Part shown: one piece after another, positions 1 to 12,394 of the stretch
How the letters are laid out: each line of letters begins with the position of its first letter
How positions within the stretch are numbered: the first letter of the stretch is position 1
Source: Phoronis australis
Taxonomy: Eukaryota > Animalia > Phoronida
Direction of reading: 5' to 3'
Assembly: GCA_002633005.1 (NCBI GenBank)
Contig: NMRA01000116.1
Coordinates: forward strand, 1-64,000
Length of the DNA: 64,000 nucleotides
The notes under the pieces: generated by a model
Databases searched by the model: none
What the model was told of the DNA's origin: nothing
The model's input: only the letters and a program-made list of their open reading frames with translations
Program-made: the position numbers and the translations under genes

Positions 1-568
1 TGACCTCCTTTCACATAGATGACCTTTGACCGAGACCCTCAAAACGGGGCGTCTAAATGACTTACTATACTACTGTCCTTATTAAAGTAACCGTGATCGC
101 CTGTCTTACATCTTAAACATGCTTTCTAACCGTGCGGTTTCTCTTGCATCCATAGTTTCTCTGTTCAATTCTTTGTAAATTATTTTACGTTTTTAAATAA
201 ACTTGCATTGTATTTTATTTCATTGTACATGTATTTTTTTCTGTTGTTATCTATATTGTTCTTCTTAATTGTTAATATCTATTTAATTTATTGTTACTCG
301 GTGGTCAAGTATTAGTGACCCGTGCCCAGTTGAATACAAGGGGCCTGCTGAATAGGTAGTATAAAAGTTATCTGAAGGCAAGGGAATCTCAGCGGTGACC
401 AGTGAAAGCGAGAAATTCTCCACGTAGCAAAAAGTATACACTCAGCCTTCAAAACGGGGGTCTCGAATTCCTGACCTTATGGACCTTTTGCCAACAAAAG
501 AGCGGGCGGACTAAAAAATGAACAAAAAAAAACGGGAGCACCACTGTGAATTGCGCGTTTGTGCGCTT

Positions 569-699
569 ATTTACTGGACTTTTGTCCCATTTCCTCGGAC
601 ATTTTGAGTCTCTCAGGGGCGGACCTTTTTGCCCACTTCGCCAAATGGGGGGGGGGGCTCGTTCGAGCCCCGAGTCCCCTCTCCCCTGGGTGCGCGCAT
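569..699 (-). mobile_element. MITE terminal fragment (CATGCGCGYACCCAG-type), dispersed repeat
   Basis: The reverse complement (catgcgcgcacccagggg...ccatttggcgaagtgggcaaaaaggtcc...gggacaaaagtccagtaaa) matches 34843-34952 on the + strand. Confidence 0.65.
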
Positions 700-1894
700 G
701 GTATATTTACAAAAAGGTGGACAAACCATGTAGTTTTTTTCATAATCACGTAAACATTTTTTTACTTTACCTGTAGCTCTTACCAGCATTATTGATAATG
801 CAAGTACTACCAGATAAACATTACCATGCAGTTCAAGTTGATTAATATGAATGGAACGGGTATCGTGCCTGAGTTCACTGTATATTTATATTTTTTTAAA
901 AAATAGCATCCTTACAATTTCCTTTTCGCATCCTTTAGAAGTGGCACCCGAAGTACACGCCCGCGACAACTACCCATGACCCCAGAGCATCTGCCGACTC
1001 CTCCGGTCGTAGTACTTGATTACAAGAAACATTTATAAAATGCCTTCTCCCCCATTACCCTTAAAAAGAGCATCAGGCTATAGTTGCACCACATTGACTG
1101 GAGAACGGTTATTAACCTAAACTTGATGAACACCTCGCTCTTTAGTTGGAAATTGTGTCTGTCAGTACAATAATTCTCTACGGCTGTCAAGGGCTAATCC
1201 GTCATACCAACTCAATGTCAGTTCTTCTCTCTTGCCTCGAGTGACCCTAGTCCCGCTAAAATCCCGGCCTTACAACCCGAATGAAAAGTTGTGGCCAATT
1301 GCATCCTGGTTAGTCGACCTGATATGCGCCGGGACAGAGGGGCTACCCCCTCCCCCACCCCGGCCCTATTGACAACAGCACGGCACTGCGGCGGGCATTC
1401 TCTTTTTACGGTGGTGGCCTACGGTATACGCTGAGTTTTTCTTTATTCGAGAGGTTGCTCCCGTGCTCACTGTATCGGACTGCACCCATGATCTCCGGGG
1501 ATCCGCTAGAAAGCCTACACTACAACCCACGGGAGCAGGCCCGCGACGACATCCTTTTAAATTCTAAAATATTTTAATGGAAACTTCGACTTTGATGACA
1601 AGTTATATAACTTACGACAGTAAATATCAAATTATCACTCGGGCCTGTGCGGGTCAGTGACTGAGTCAATTCCTATGCCGGTTAACAAGTATCTTAAAAC
1701 TATAAAACTATAAATATATTTATTAGTTCATCGAGAAGGGCGACTTGAACCAGCGTGTTCCCTCATCACTTGACATAACACGCCTGTACATATTCATCTT
1801 CGCCTCAAGCTGAATCACGTACGTTGTTTACTCCGGCGGCGATCGCACCTAGAAACCAACAGCGAGTAACTACGTCATCACAGTACCTGGGCAT

Positions 1895-2055
1895 GCGTCG
1901 TTCGCTCTCTCAAACAGAACGGAAAAGCAAATAGAGAAAGTGTTCACACGACGTTGAAAGGTGGTGCTGGGTTTACTTAGATTTTTATAGAGTAACGCTA
2001 AAGGACAATTAGAAATACTTAAAGGATATACAAAGAACTGAACAGAGGTGAATGT
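1895..2055 (+). other. Probable non-coding first exon (5' UTR) of prominin
   Basis: Strong donor GT|gtaagt at 2055/2056 inside a CpG-rich patch with ACGT-core motifs (about 1815-1877). The ATG exon begins at an acceptor (8768), so an upstream exon must exist. Start coordinate is approximate. Confidence 0.4.
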
Positions 2056-2136
2056 GTAAGTACGATTCCATTTAAATAGTGATCAATTTGGGATGCCAGT
2101 ACAAAATTTCCATCCAGGCCGTTGTGGGCCAGCTAT

Positions 2137-2199
2137 TAGGCAATGACCGTCGCCTCTGTTGGCCCGAACCAGGCCAACAGACGCGATGGTCATTGCCTA
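2137..2199. mobile_element. 63-bp hairpin micro-MITE with 9-bp TSD
   Basis: 28-bp inverted arms with 2 mismatches and a 7-nt loop; GCCAGCTAT directly flanks both sides (2128-2136, 2200-2208). Confidence 0.8.
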
Positions 2200-2806
2200 G
2201 CCAGCTATATGCTAACCCAGTTCGGACGGTGGTTGAGGCCAATTGATGCCTTGCGTTGATTCGCTGTGGAAAGCGGTCGCGGCATCGCTCGAAATGAACC
2301 GAAAGCTCGGATTTTTGAAAAATGGGATTGTAGAGTCAAGAATCAGTTTCTAAGCATCTGTTGGAGAATACCCGATGCGTTCTCGTTATGATATCCAGTT
2401 TTTGAAATCAGGGCCCGTCGAAATGTACTGACGCCGACGGGTTAACTGCATTGATTTCCTGGATTTGTTTATGAGCAAATTCGTCCCAATACCATCTAAA
2501 AACTTTATGGAGCTGCCAGACTATAACGATAAATTAATGTTCTGCACATCTACAACAGTTCCAAACGCATGTAATGTTCAGTGTTTTCAGAAATTGAATG
2601 TCACAAACTTTTGTAAAACAGCCAATGAAATCACAATAAAGGTCCATATTCGGTGGCCGCTTTTGGTGAAAAATGAAGGTTGTCATATAACTATCAGCTG
2701 GGTTATTTTCAAGTACCATCATTCCAGATTTGTAATCTAAAATATTTTTGCACAAGAACCACCGAATAAAATTTTATGGCCTAATGCATCACAGTTGTAT
2801 AAGAGT

Positions 2807-4045
2807 GTACGTACACTACAACTTGTGGTCACAACCCATTTCTACCATGCAAAAATTCATAAGGTAGCTGTTAATTTTATAAGTTTTTGATTAAATTGAA
2901 GTATCACGTACTAAAATAAGAAAAGTTATTACCGTGCTGATCAAGTTGTTCTAGATGATGATACATTGCATATCTTAACACAGTATATTGAGAACTTAAT
3001 TCCTTCTCTTGCAATAGGATTCTTACAAAAAGAAAATGAGTAGTAACTACTTTTTCAAAAACTTTATTGGTGCTATTAGCCTAGAGTTTTCAATACATTC
3101 ACCAGTTGGACAAAATAGTTAAAGCAATGCTAGACCCAGTGTTCCACCTGTAAACAGTAAAAAATGGTACTGGTTGGGGGGTACGTACACTACGCAGAGT
3201 CAATCAACGTCAAATTTTGACTAAGTTAGAAATGTATGGGTTGGTCTCGAGTTTTGTGCTGCCTCTACTGGTTTGTGGAAGTTGAAGTTGTCTTGAGAGA
3301 TAGAGAACCTGCCTCTGCAACATCAGTTGTCACATGACGTGTCTTCTAGGATTTTCAGTACTAGCCAAGTCCTGTGTGGAATTTTATTGTCCACAAATTT
3401 GATAATGTCCATTGTTTTTTTGTCAGACTGTATTCATTTTGGAAATATCAGTATTGTTCATGAGAACAGCAGCTGTATGTAAAAATTCTTGTGGGCAATA
3501 CTTTATAACACAGAGGTTGAAGGTACGTACACTATGCAGGGGTACATACACATTTCAATGACTTCAGGTTTATAAAAAATAATTAAAATCTACTACCAAT
3601 ATTCAAAGAGAACAAATAAAAAGTACAGCATGCAGTCATGTGCATATCTGTCGGTCATTCTTTGAAAAAAGGCACGTGTTAAAATATAGGGGTACAAACA
3701 CTACACAAATTCTAATATTTCACTCAAAACAAATGTATTTGTAATTAACACCCTTTTGACCGAGCATTTTTAATGGAGGAAGGTGTCTGTGACAAGTGTT
3801 GCTTACTTAACGTGTAATATTTTTGTTTCATGGTATTTATTCACATGGGGGTACGTACACTACATTTCAATGACAAGCCAGGTTTGAAACTAAATTCTTA
3901 GAATCTACTGAGAGTTAGTTGATTTACTAAATCAATTCAAAGAGAAAAAACATAAAGCACAGCATTCATGTGCATATCTGCCGTACTTTGAAAATAGGCA
4001 CAAATTAAAATATGGGGATACGTACACTACACAAATGCTAATATT
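2807..4045 (+). repeat. Array of GTACGTACACTAC motifs with a degenerate ~310-bp-period direct duplication
   Basis: Motif at 2807, 3181, 3523, 3692, 3851 and about 4018; 3540-3720 aligns by eye with 3847-4045. Confidence 0.75.
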
Positions 4046-4324
4046 TTCTCATCCGTTTTTCGCAGTCTTTCTTTTCTCGAATGTCCCCGGCACTACGCCT
4101 ATGTCGGTTGCCACAGTTAAACCCAGACGCCTGGAAATTTTTGGGGGGCCTGTGCTCCCCTGGCCCCCTGCTTCCTACGGCCCTGTTCATACATTTTCAA
4201 AATATGAAATTATGTAATGATGTTTAGCTATTGCCGAAGTCAGTTCTTAAAGCTTGCCTCATATGATATTTTTCCAAAACACTTGATTGATCAGCCCCCT
4301 TCTTGTTGGTGAATAATTAGAATG

Positions 4325-4484
4325 TAGTGGCGGATTTAGTTGGGGTCCAAGAGGCCATGGCCCTCCCTAAAACTCTCCCATATTCCATTTGGCAGTTCGG
4401 GGATGCGAATGTCTGATGGGCAAAATCCTGGCTAAAACTCTGCCCTGCCCCCCCCCCCAAGTAAAAATCCTGGATCTGCCCCAG
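4325..4484. mobile_element. Short MITE remnant of the AGTGGCGGAT...GATCYGCC family
   Basis: Left end tagtggcggatttag, right end cctggatctgcccc with a C-run; the ends resemble those of 53684-54682. Confidence 0.45.
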
Positions 4485-7011
4485 TGGAATGATATGAAGT
4501 AATACACAATATCTCTTATCGTATATGAATTGGGTATAACACAGAATGTAAAGATGGGTCTGATAAACAGTGAGTGTGCCTGCCTTGCATGAAAACCCCG
4601 AGGCATTTGCTGTCATTAACATTAAATGTGGTGCACACACCTAAAGTGGAACTATGTCTTCTGTAAAGTGTTCTGCACAGGCCGTAAGTGTGACACTAAA
4701 TCAATCATAATCAGGAAATTATGCGTCATAGTTCCACAAAAGAGTTGAGCTTTGACTTGTACAAAAGCCCTTTCAGTTATAGTTTCCTTGGCCCTATAAA
4801 ATTTTGAAAACAGCAATAGTGTTGGGTTTCGAAATTTCCTCAATATGAAATACAGGGAAACTGAAATTACATTTGTAAGGTAATCGACATGTATATAACA
4901 ATTTCATGATCAATGGTGGGAACAAGTCAAACTTTCCTTTTAGTATTATTTTAATGAAAATACGTTAAAAAATCATTAGGACTTGTCCCAATTTTGTTCC
5001 TTGAAAATTCAACACCAGCTTGTGATTCATACTCGTTATGGCGTTTTCTGGTTGATCCCAACTTGTTCAATTCTATAGCCCAACAACAAGTTGGGAAGAT
5101 GACCCCTGTAGCCAATATCTTACACCATTGATTAACTCCATTCTGGCATTTATAATTGGAGGGCCAGCTCTCATTTGTTTGACAACTGCTCTAATCTCCA
5201 ATAAGATCGTATCAGTCTGACTGGGCTGTGCTGTTAAAAATAAAAGTTAAGTTATAACATATTTGAACATAAGCTAATAGCAAATGCTGATCATGTTTAG
5301 TTTTTGAATCGCCAAAATCACCCAACTACAACCGATGTTAGGACAATCTATTCTTTCCGAATGTACCAATTCGCTCTTGGTTTGACTGTGTTTGCATGTG
5401 GTCTGTAATAAGCCTGGTAGATAATTGTCCTGCCTGTTGTCATAACAGACAAAAGACTGTGCTTGGCAGTTAACAAAGAAGCTAGATGTTATCACAGGCT
5501 CACAACCCTCTACCTCTGGTAAAGTCAGGGAGAACCCCATCATGTAGCATGAGAACATCCAATCTCTGTCTTAATAGAATTGACAGAAGCATTCACTCCT
5601 CCAATACATATTCTTTGTTTAGAGCTGGTGGTGGGCCTAAATATACTTATTGACCTGGATGCATATTAATCACTGAGGCTATCCACAGTTCTGTGCTTAT
5701 AGCTACTGTTAAAACTCGTTAAAACAATGTACACTAAGGCTCCTTCAAAATACTTAAAATTAGAGTGTGTTGTAATCAGGGTAAAGTTTTAGGTCATTTG
5801 GGTCTATAATGACTCTAGTCATCAACCCTGTTTACAGCAAGTCTTCCTGAATGCTCTTTTCTGCGTCATACAGTCCGCATGTACACTACATTTTACTTCT
5901 TGACATGGGCTTTGATGCTGTATTTTCAAAACAATTGTCTCTTCACTTGCGCTACACCAGTTTTGCAAGTTTGACAAGCTTTATTTTCGCATTCATTCTT
6001 TTTTTGGCGTTGTAGTTATTCACATGAACTTTCGAGATAAACACAAAAAATCTTGACAGCAAAATTCTCTCCGAAATTTTTGAGTCTTGAATCAGGTATC
6101 CTACCATGGTCTAGAAATGCCTGTAAATAAGTCAATACAGACACTTTTTTGGGAAGTTTTGGTTGGACTGAAAGACATCTATACAGGTCTACATTTCGTC
6201 CAAGAAGTGAACTTTTGATTTTGACCATTTTAACACTTATTGTTACAAAATTGATTTCATTTTGTTCCTTTCGTGGATGAGAATTGAGAAGTGATTTCTG
6301 TGTTTGTAGAGAAGTATCCATTTGTTTAATTTTTTGAAAGTATGCCTGCTGCGTAAAATGATGTGTAACACATTCTAACTTGAATAGCCTGTTCATTTGA
6401 AGCCCTGATGAGACCAATTTCTTAACAGCAAGTGGTCTAAATCAATTTTTTGTGATTGACTTCTGTGGGTAAACAGAAATGGTATAAAATACTATGTTCT
6501 CATGTCTACTGATCATCCTCCGTGAAATCGTCATCCATAATTTTTGTTTACAATAAACTGCTTTTTCATTCAGACTCAATATCAAGGTTCATTAGGTAAA
6601 ATAGGAACTTAGAAGTTATTGAATAATATCACTGTTGAAGGCTCTCCTGACAGGTTAGGTTGTGGTAAAGTTAGACTACACATAAATGGTGTCTTGAATG
6701 TACATTATTCTTCACCTTTTCACTCAAAAGTTATTGGCAAAATTGTCATTTTTACATTTTCAGCAGCAGATTAATAATGGAACCTTTATCAAATATTATG
6801 ACGTTTTTACAGCAAAAACCAAGCTAATACTGAAAATCAAATTTTCGTTAGAATCTTCAACACCATTAAATTTCACTTGTCCACCATAGGTGAAGAATTA
6901 ATATGTATTGTTATTTTTATATATATTATTTTATTTTCTTGTTGTGGAAACCCTGGAGTTTGTATGAAAACATGATGTGATCTTGTTACATTTGTCTGGT
7001 CCCTGTATAGG

Positions 7012-7156
7012 TACGGTAAAAATTCTCAAATTTAAGACAGTCTCTACAATTTGGACAAGCTTCCACATTGAGCAAAATAATTAATGTAGAACACGCTCCC
7101 ACCTTGAGCAAAATAATTAAATTTTCAATGTCCTAAATAGGAGAATTTTTACTATA
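7012..7156. mobile_element. Tc1/pogo-like MITE
   Basis: Terminal inverted repeats tacggtaaaaattctc / gagaatttttactata, TA-flanked; internal duplication ttgagcaaaataattaa. Confidence 0.6.
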
Positions 7157-8784
7157 GTTATGGTGGTTGCCAATAACAGCTTAGATTTGAAAGGGTTTGT
7201 TGTCTGTCCCTGTTTTGTGTCCTAGCTCACTATCTATTGAACTACTTGTAATAGCTGCTGTCGTGTTTGAAAACATTGAATGTAGATCCCGGATCTAAAG
7301 TAGCAAGGAGTGGGTTCACATTCAGTTCTCATTCATACGCCTCTATTCACCACTCGCATGAATTCACCATTATGCTTGAGAACCGGATGCCGAAATGAGG
7401 AGGCGTTGTGTCCTAAAGAACAGTGCACAAAAAGCACTTTTTGCAGCGCCACAAAACTGCAAGTAGTGAATATGAAAGAAATACACAGGAACACTAGCTG
7501 GCAATCCAGCCCTGTTGCATGGCTAAAATATTGTGGGTCATACGATTCAGGTTTCCAAATTCTAGTCCTGCAATCAATGTATCTGGAGATCAGAAATTGT
7601 GCCGGACCTACTGCTTGAGGGGAGGTACGTACACATATGTTTGGCAGAGTCTGCTCCTGGGGAATTCAGTTGTCCTAAAACATTCAGATGTTGTACTGTA
7701 TTTTTATATGAAATCAGATACGATGACTGTGTGCTTAAACGAGCATTCACAAAGGTATACTTGCCACTTTCCAATAAATAAGAACGCAATTGATGTGCAG
7801 AATGGTAAATATTCTGGCAGGTCAGGTTTGATCACAATGCGTGGGCACTGCCATTGTTGGAACACAAAGGAAATGTTACTTTTTCCCATAGTCACTGCAT
7901 ACAAAAGCATCTTCCAGGGGGTCTTTAAGAAAAATTGGTGGGTCTGTTTTGAAAACTTGTGTTGAGGCTCACAGTGTCCTCAAATATAGCCATGGTTTCT
8001 AATGATTGTTGTTGGAGGAAAGACTGTATTGTCCTTCACAGAAAAACAAATTTCTCCTGAATAACGGGCGTCAAACTGGTTCTCAAAAATATAGGAACCC
8101 TGTAAATGACTGCTGTGTGAAAGCTGTTGTCAAGTTATCGACCTGAAATAATTGAAATTTTTTCCCAGTTCAGGCGAGCAAGGACAAGGGTCTAGTATTC
8201 CTTTGCTGTATTTGGTAGTCAGTTAGTAGATAATTTAACTAAAGTAAACTTTGCATTCAAGCTGGGTTTATCATCAAATTGAAATATTTATAGTCCTTTT
8301 AAAGATTGAAGACTGCAAAAATAGTGACATGCTTTCCAAATTTTCCACATGTTTCAAACTCGGGGGCTTTTTTGTACCTTGTTTCCAAAAGAGCTCCAAT
8401 AGGGGCTTTTTCTTGGGGGGTGCTTTCAGGTAAGAGCCAAGTATGTTAACTTACTAGAAATTATAATTGAAAACAGTCGGGCATTTTTACTCTCACTCTA
8501 AAGCTCTTGTTCGCTGACTGCTTTCTTGTAAGAAAACTTACCTTGCTCAAGACCCTCATCAGAAAGGAATGACAAATTTCTTCTGTTGATTGAATTTGTT
8601 CAAGTACTTTGGACACAACCATATTTTGATAGATTCTTTTGTACTTTTGCTGAACAGAAACATTCCGTAATTTTAATGATTGATTTTCAGATTTCCTACT
8701 GTCTTGATTGTTGAAACATTCTCCAGCTTCCTTCGGTCAGTGAAAATTTACTTTTTCAACTTTTCAGCGTCACCCAGCAAGAAG

Positions 8785-9025
8785 ATGCTCTTACTACTTG
8801 CTTTGTTAGCATTGGTGACTGTGGCGACAGCCTCGGTTTCCCCGGCGACAGTTTCAGACATTCATGGAAACACAGCGGATGCGGACAGTAAAATCACATG
8901 GGTGGACTTTACTGACAGATATGCGTATAACAAATATGAACCATACGACGACGGAGGGTTAGCGCCATTGTTTAATCTAGCCCGTAGTCTCATCAATACA
9001 GTGCTTCCAGGCGACCTTCCTTATG
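8785..9025 (+). CDS. prom: Prominin coding exon 1 (signal peptide, N-terminal ectodomain)
   Basis: Acceptor ttttcag|8768; ATG 8785 MLLLLALLALVTVATA signal peptide; GGLAPLFNLARSLINTVLPGDLPY resembles the prominin N-terminal motif; donor G|gtgagt, phase 1. Confidence 0.92.
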
Positions 9026-9090
9026 GTGAGTAGATGAACCAAATTGATCACTGCATTTAGGCATGGTTTCTAGGAGTAGGAGCTCACCCT

Positions 9091-9509
9091 GTGGCTGGTT
9101 GCATGAAACAGTCCCAAATAGGCACTCAACTAAGGTCCCCAAGTCTTTTTGCGTATTTGTGTCTTTATGGACTCACAGATGCAATATTTTTGTATCATTA
9201 ATTTCATCTTTATTGTGATATTCTCTTTAATTATTGACATTTTCTAGTAATATAACAAAAAACTGAGCTCAGAGTTCATTGAAAACAAATAAGAACTCAG
9301 TCCCTAAATTGGGGGGGGGGGGGGGGNNNCATGAAAAGATCCCTAATTATTTTCGATGATATTGAATATTCAACGTAGAGTTCACTCTCGATTTGTATCA
9401 AAGTCAAAAGTTGACTTAGTAATGAAACTGAAACAGCATCAAAAATATGCAGTAGTAGTAGGGAACTTAGTTGAATCCCTATATGGCACTGTTTCATGCA
9501 ACCAGGCAC
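9091..9509. mobile_element. MITE with ~70-bp imperfect terminal inverted repeats
   Basis: gtggctggttgcatgaaacagtcccaaatagg... is inverted at ...cctatatggcactgtttcatgcaaccaggcac; contains an NNN gap at 9327-9329. Confidence 0.7.
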
Positions 9510-11880
9510 TAGAGTCTTGCCTTGTTTGTGGTTGCTTAGATTCTGTGTGACTGGCTACCTTTCTACGTTGAAGGCACTCAATCTACGCTTCGTCCATGTT
9601 GTGTATAAAATTGCTACTGATAGTTGCATTGGGTGCTCACACAGGTTCCCACAGTCGGTATTACAAGAAATGCAGAAGACATCAAAAGATCGTAACTGTA
9701 TCAAAGTAAAAAGTACTTGCTGGGAACTGAAAGTGTGGCTGATTTCACGTTTTGCGCTTCATTTTCCAACTCTGTCAAGAATGGTGGGAAACAAATCATG
9801 TACTACGAAGTTGAACTCTTTGTTTTTACTGTTGCTCTATTAATTATCTGTTTACATTGCTCCTTCATGTTAAGGGAGGTGTATAGATGCTTGCCTTATG
9901 CATTTTTGGACCACAGGATTTGTTGCCATTGCCCCATGTGACATATTTCGAGGCAACCATGAAATATCTGATCTATCTCACTTATGACCATGTCTATCTT
10001 TTAAGGCATTGAAAAAAATCAATATCTAGGAACACTTTGCATACACAAAAAGCTAGTATGTTTTCATACTTGATTATAAGTTTTCTTCAAAGCTACCTCA
10101 GCTCAAGACTAGGTCTTCCTCAATTGTTTGCTGTCAATTGGTATTCCCGACTATCTTTGTCATGGTAATAGGAAAACATATTTTGATAGCATGTCTGCAT
10201 GATGGATAGAAACCAGAGCTTATGTTGTTCCAGGGGTTCAGCTGAGTCAATTTAAAACCATTTGAATAATCAAGTAAAAACCTCATGTTTAATTCTGAAC
10301 AAGTTCTTCTCGCGGAACACATAGTCTTCAGGACTGATTTCGTCGCGTTACTGCTCTATTGGGAAATGTCTGTTATAGTGACCATATTGTAATGCTGAAA
10401 AATTGTAAATAAACAAGTTAGTCTGAAAGTGCTTGACAATGAGAACAAGTGTAATCCTATATGTCTGCCTTGGCATCTCCACACATTTGAAAGCTAGTCT
10501 ATCCAAAACAATTCAGTGTCATATTTCCCAAAATTCTCTCGAATGATTAAAAAAGTCCCCTCAAGGTTAGATTCACTTATATCAAAAATATCAGTTTTGG
10601 CTACTTGAGGTGCTGTCGATGAAGGGTGGAGACTTGGTTTTGGTGATGATGGGGGAAGGAGTAATTTTCTCCTTAACCAAAACATTCTCATCAAAAGGTA
10701 CTCTCCTTTCCCCTTACGTGAGCTGCAGCTTCAACCATTATTTTGTTATGGAACAAAATATCATCATTATAATTAAGGTCCCCTCCAAATTAAGTAGCCC
10801 TGGTATTCAGTCTCTAGAACCAGTCCTTTGTACATTACACCAGAAATTAATAAGAGTTGCCAATTCACTTTAATGAGATTTTCAATTTGACAATACCCTA
10901 GAGAAATGTGTCAGTTCAAGCAGGAGTTGGGCCATTTATGCTAGACATTACAAAATCTGCCCTCCTGAACACTCAATGAAATTATGCCAGTAGGCAACTT
11001 AACTTAGCTGTGCAAATTGTAAATCAATATTGCTGGATTGTTGTGACTAGAATTCAATATCATTTATAATAGTTGCAACATGTCTTTCCAGAGTAACAGA
11101 TGAAAATTTTATTAACAATAGCACAGCTGTTTTAGTTAGTCCAGCAATATCCACTGAAACTGAAACGTGAATTGACTCCTTGAAATGATAATTATGTAGA
11201 AATCAATACAACACCCATTTTTTTTAAACTGGGAAGAAACATTTTCCTTTCTAGTTTTCTGAGAGCTGCATTTCGTCCTGTTTATATGGCATAAAACGAA
11301 AAGCAAAGGTCTTTGCTTTGAGTATAAAATTTGTCTCGTAATATTACTTACTATGACACCATTCTATAGAATTGTCACCAAGAAATTCAAAAACATCAGC
11401 AACTCAAGAATATGCTTCAGAATCAGAGTTTATTGGGGTTGACCAACCGTTGCGACATTCAAAATGAGGCACATATGCATTGCCTGTGGCTTGAGTTGGT
11501 GGCTTATTTGATGACAATTCCGGGTAAGCGTATTAATAAATTGATTTTAAACTCCAACATTGATAGCTAAAAGGGGCGAAATGCAACTTTTAAAATATTT
11601 ATGTATGTAAATACAGAGATCTGTGCATGCTTTGTTTTTAGGAGTTGCTGGGTAAATTGTTTCCATCGCCCTGCTTGTTTTTGCTCATTGATTAAAAGCT
11701 GCTGTTAACACTTGAGATTATTGTAGCAGATGCATAGTGATGACTACATCAAGTGTTTGGCCAAGGAACCCAAGACTGCCAGCCGCGTTGCTTTTGTCAC
11801 CCACAGTAATACTCCACTGTCACTGTATTTTTTGCAGAAATAATTGCATGACTTTCTGTTGTCAGTTTTTAAAGGCTTAA

Positions 11881-12394
11881 GGCCCTTTCATACTGACTTA
11901 ACTCCGGTGTGAGCAGAGCGTCGACGTAAACTGCGAAGTTGACTGAACCGTTCATACTGACTTCGGTAGTTGACAAACATCGAAGTGAATGGCATATGAC
12001 GCTGTTGACATCGAAGTAATCGCAAGGTAGCGCTGATGCATCGCGTGCACGCTAAGATTTTTTTAATATGACAATTTGGGAACATTTACATGTGCTAATT
12101 GACATAAAACTTATTTCTAATTTAATTGGTGATTATTCGAGCAAAATATAAACAACTATTAGCAACGACACTGCCCTTTTATTGTTGACGATAACAGTGG
12201 CCCCTGGTGATAACTTCGATGGGACCGAAGTTGAGTGTTCATACTGCACCGCAGTGCCGATGCTCCACTGTAAATTCCACCTGTTTACTGCAAAGTTAGC
12301 TGGTGCTGTTCACTTCGATCCTGGACTAAGTTAACCTTCATACTGATTGCAACTCCCCAAAACATCAACGCGTTGATGTTAGTATGAATGGGCC
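11881..12394 (+). mobile_element. PIF/Harbinger-like MITE, copy A
   Basis: Terminal repeats GGCCCTTTCATACT / AGTATGAATGGGCC, preceded by TAA; a full-length inverted copy lies at 62684-63193. Confidence 0.8.

Noticed and set aside
1840-1860. RFX X-box in the putative prominin promoter
   Set aside because: Only a half-site (GTTTCTAGG on the - strand); too weak to support.
2807-4045. CRISPR-like repeat-spacer reading of the GTACGTACACTAC array
   Set aside because: The repeat is only 13 bp, spacers are 150-360 bp and partly duplicated, and there are no cas genes.
9311-9329. G-run next to NNN as a G-quadruplex
   Set aside because: It abuts an assembly gap, so the sequence is unreliable.
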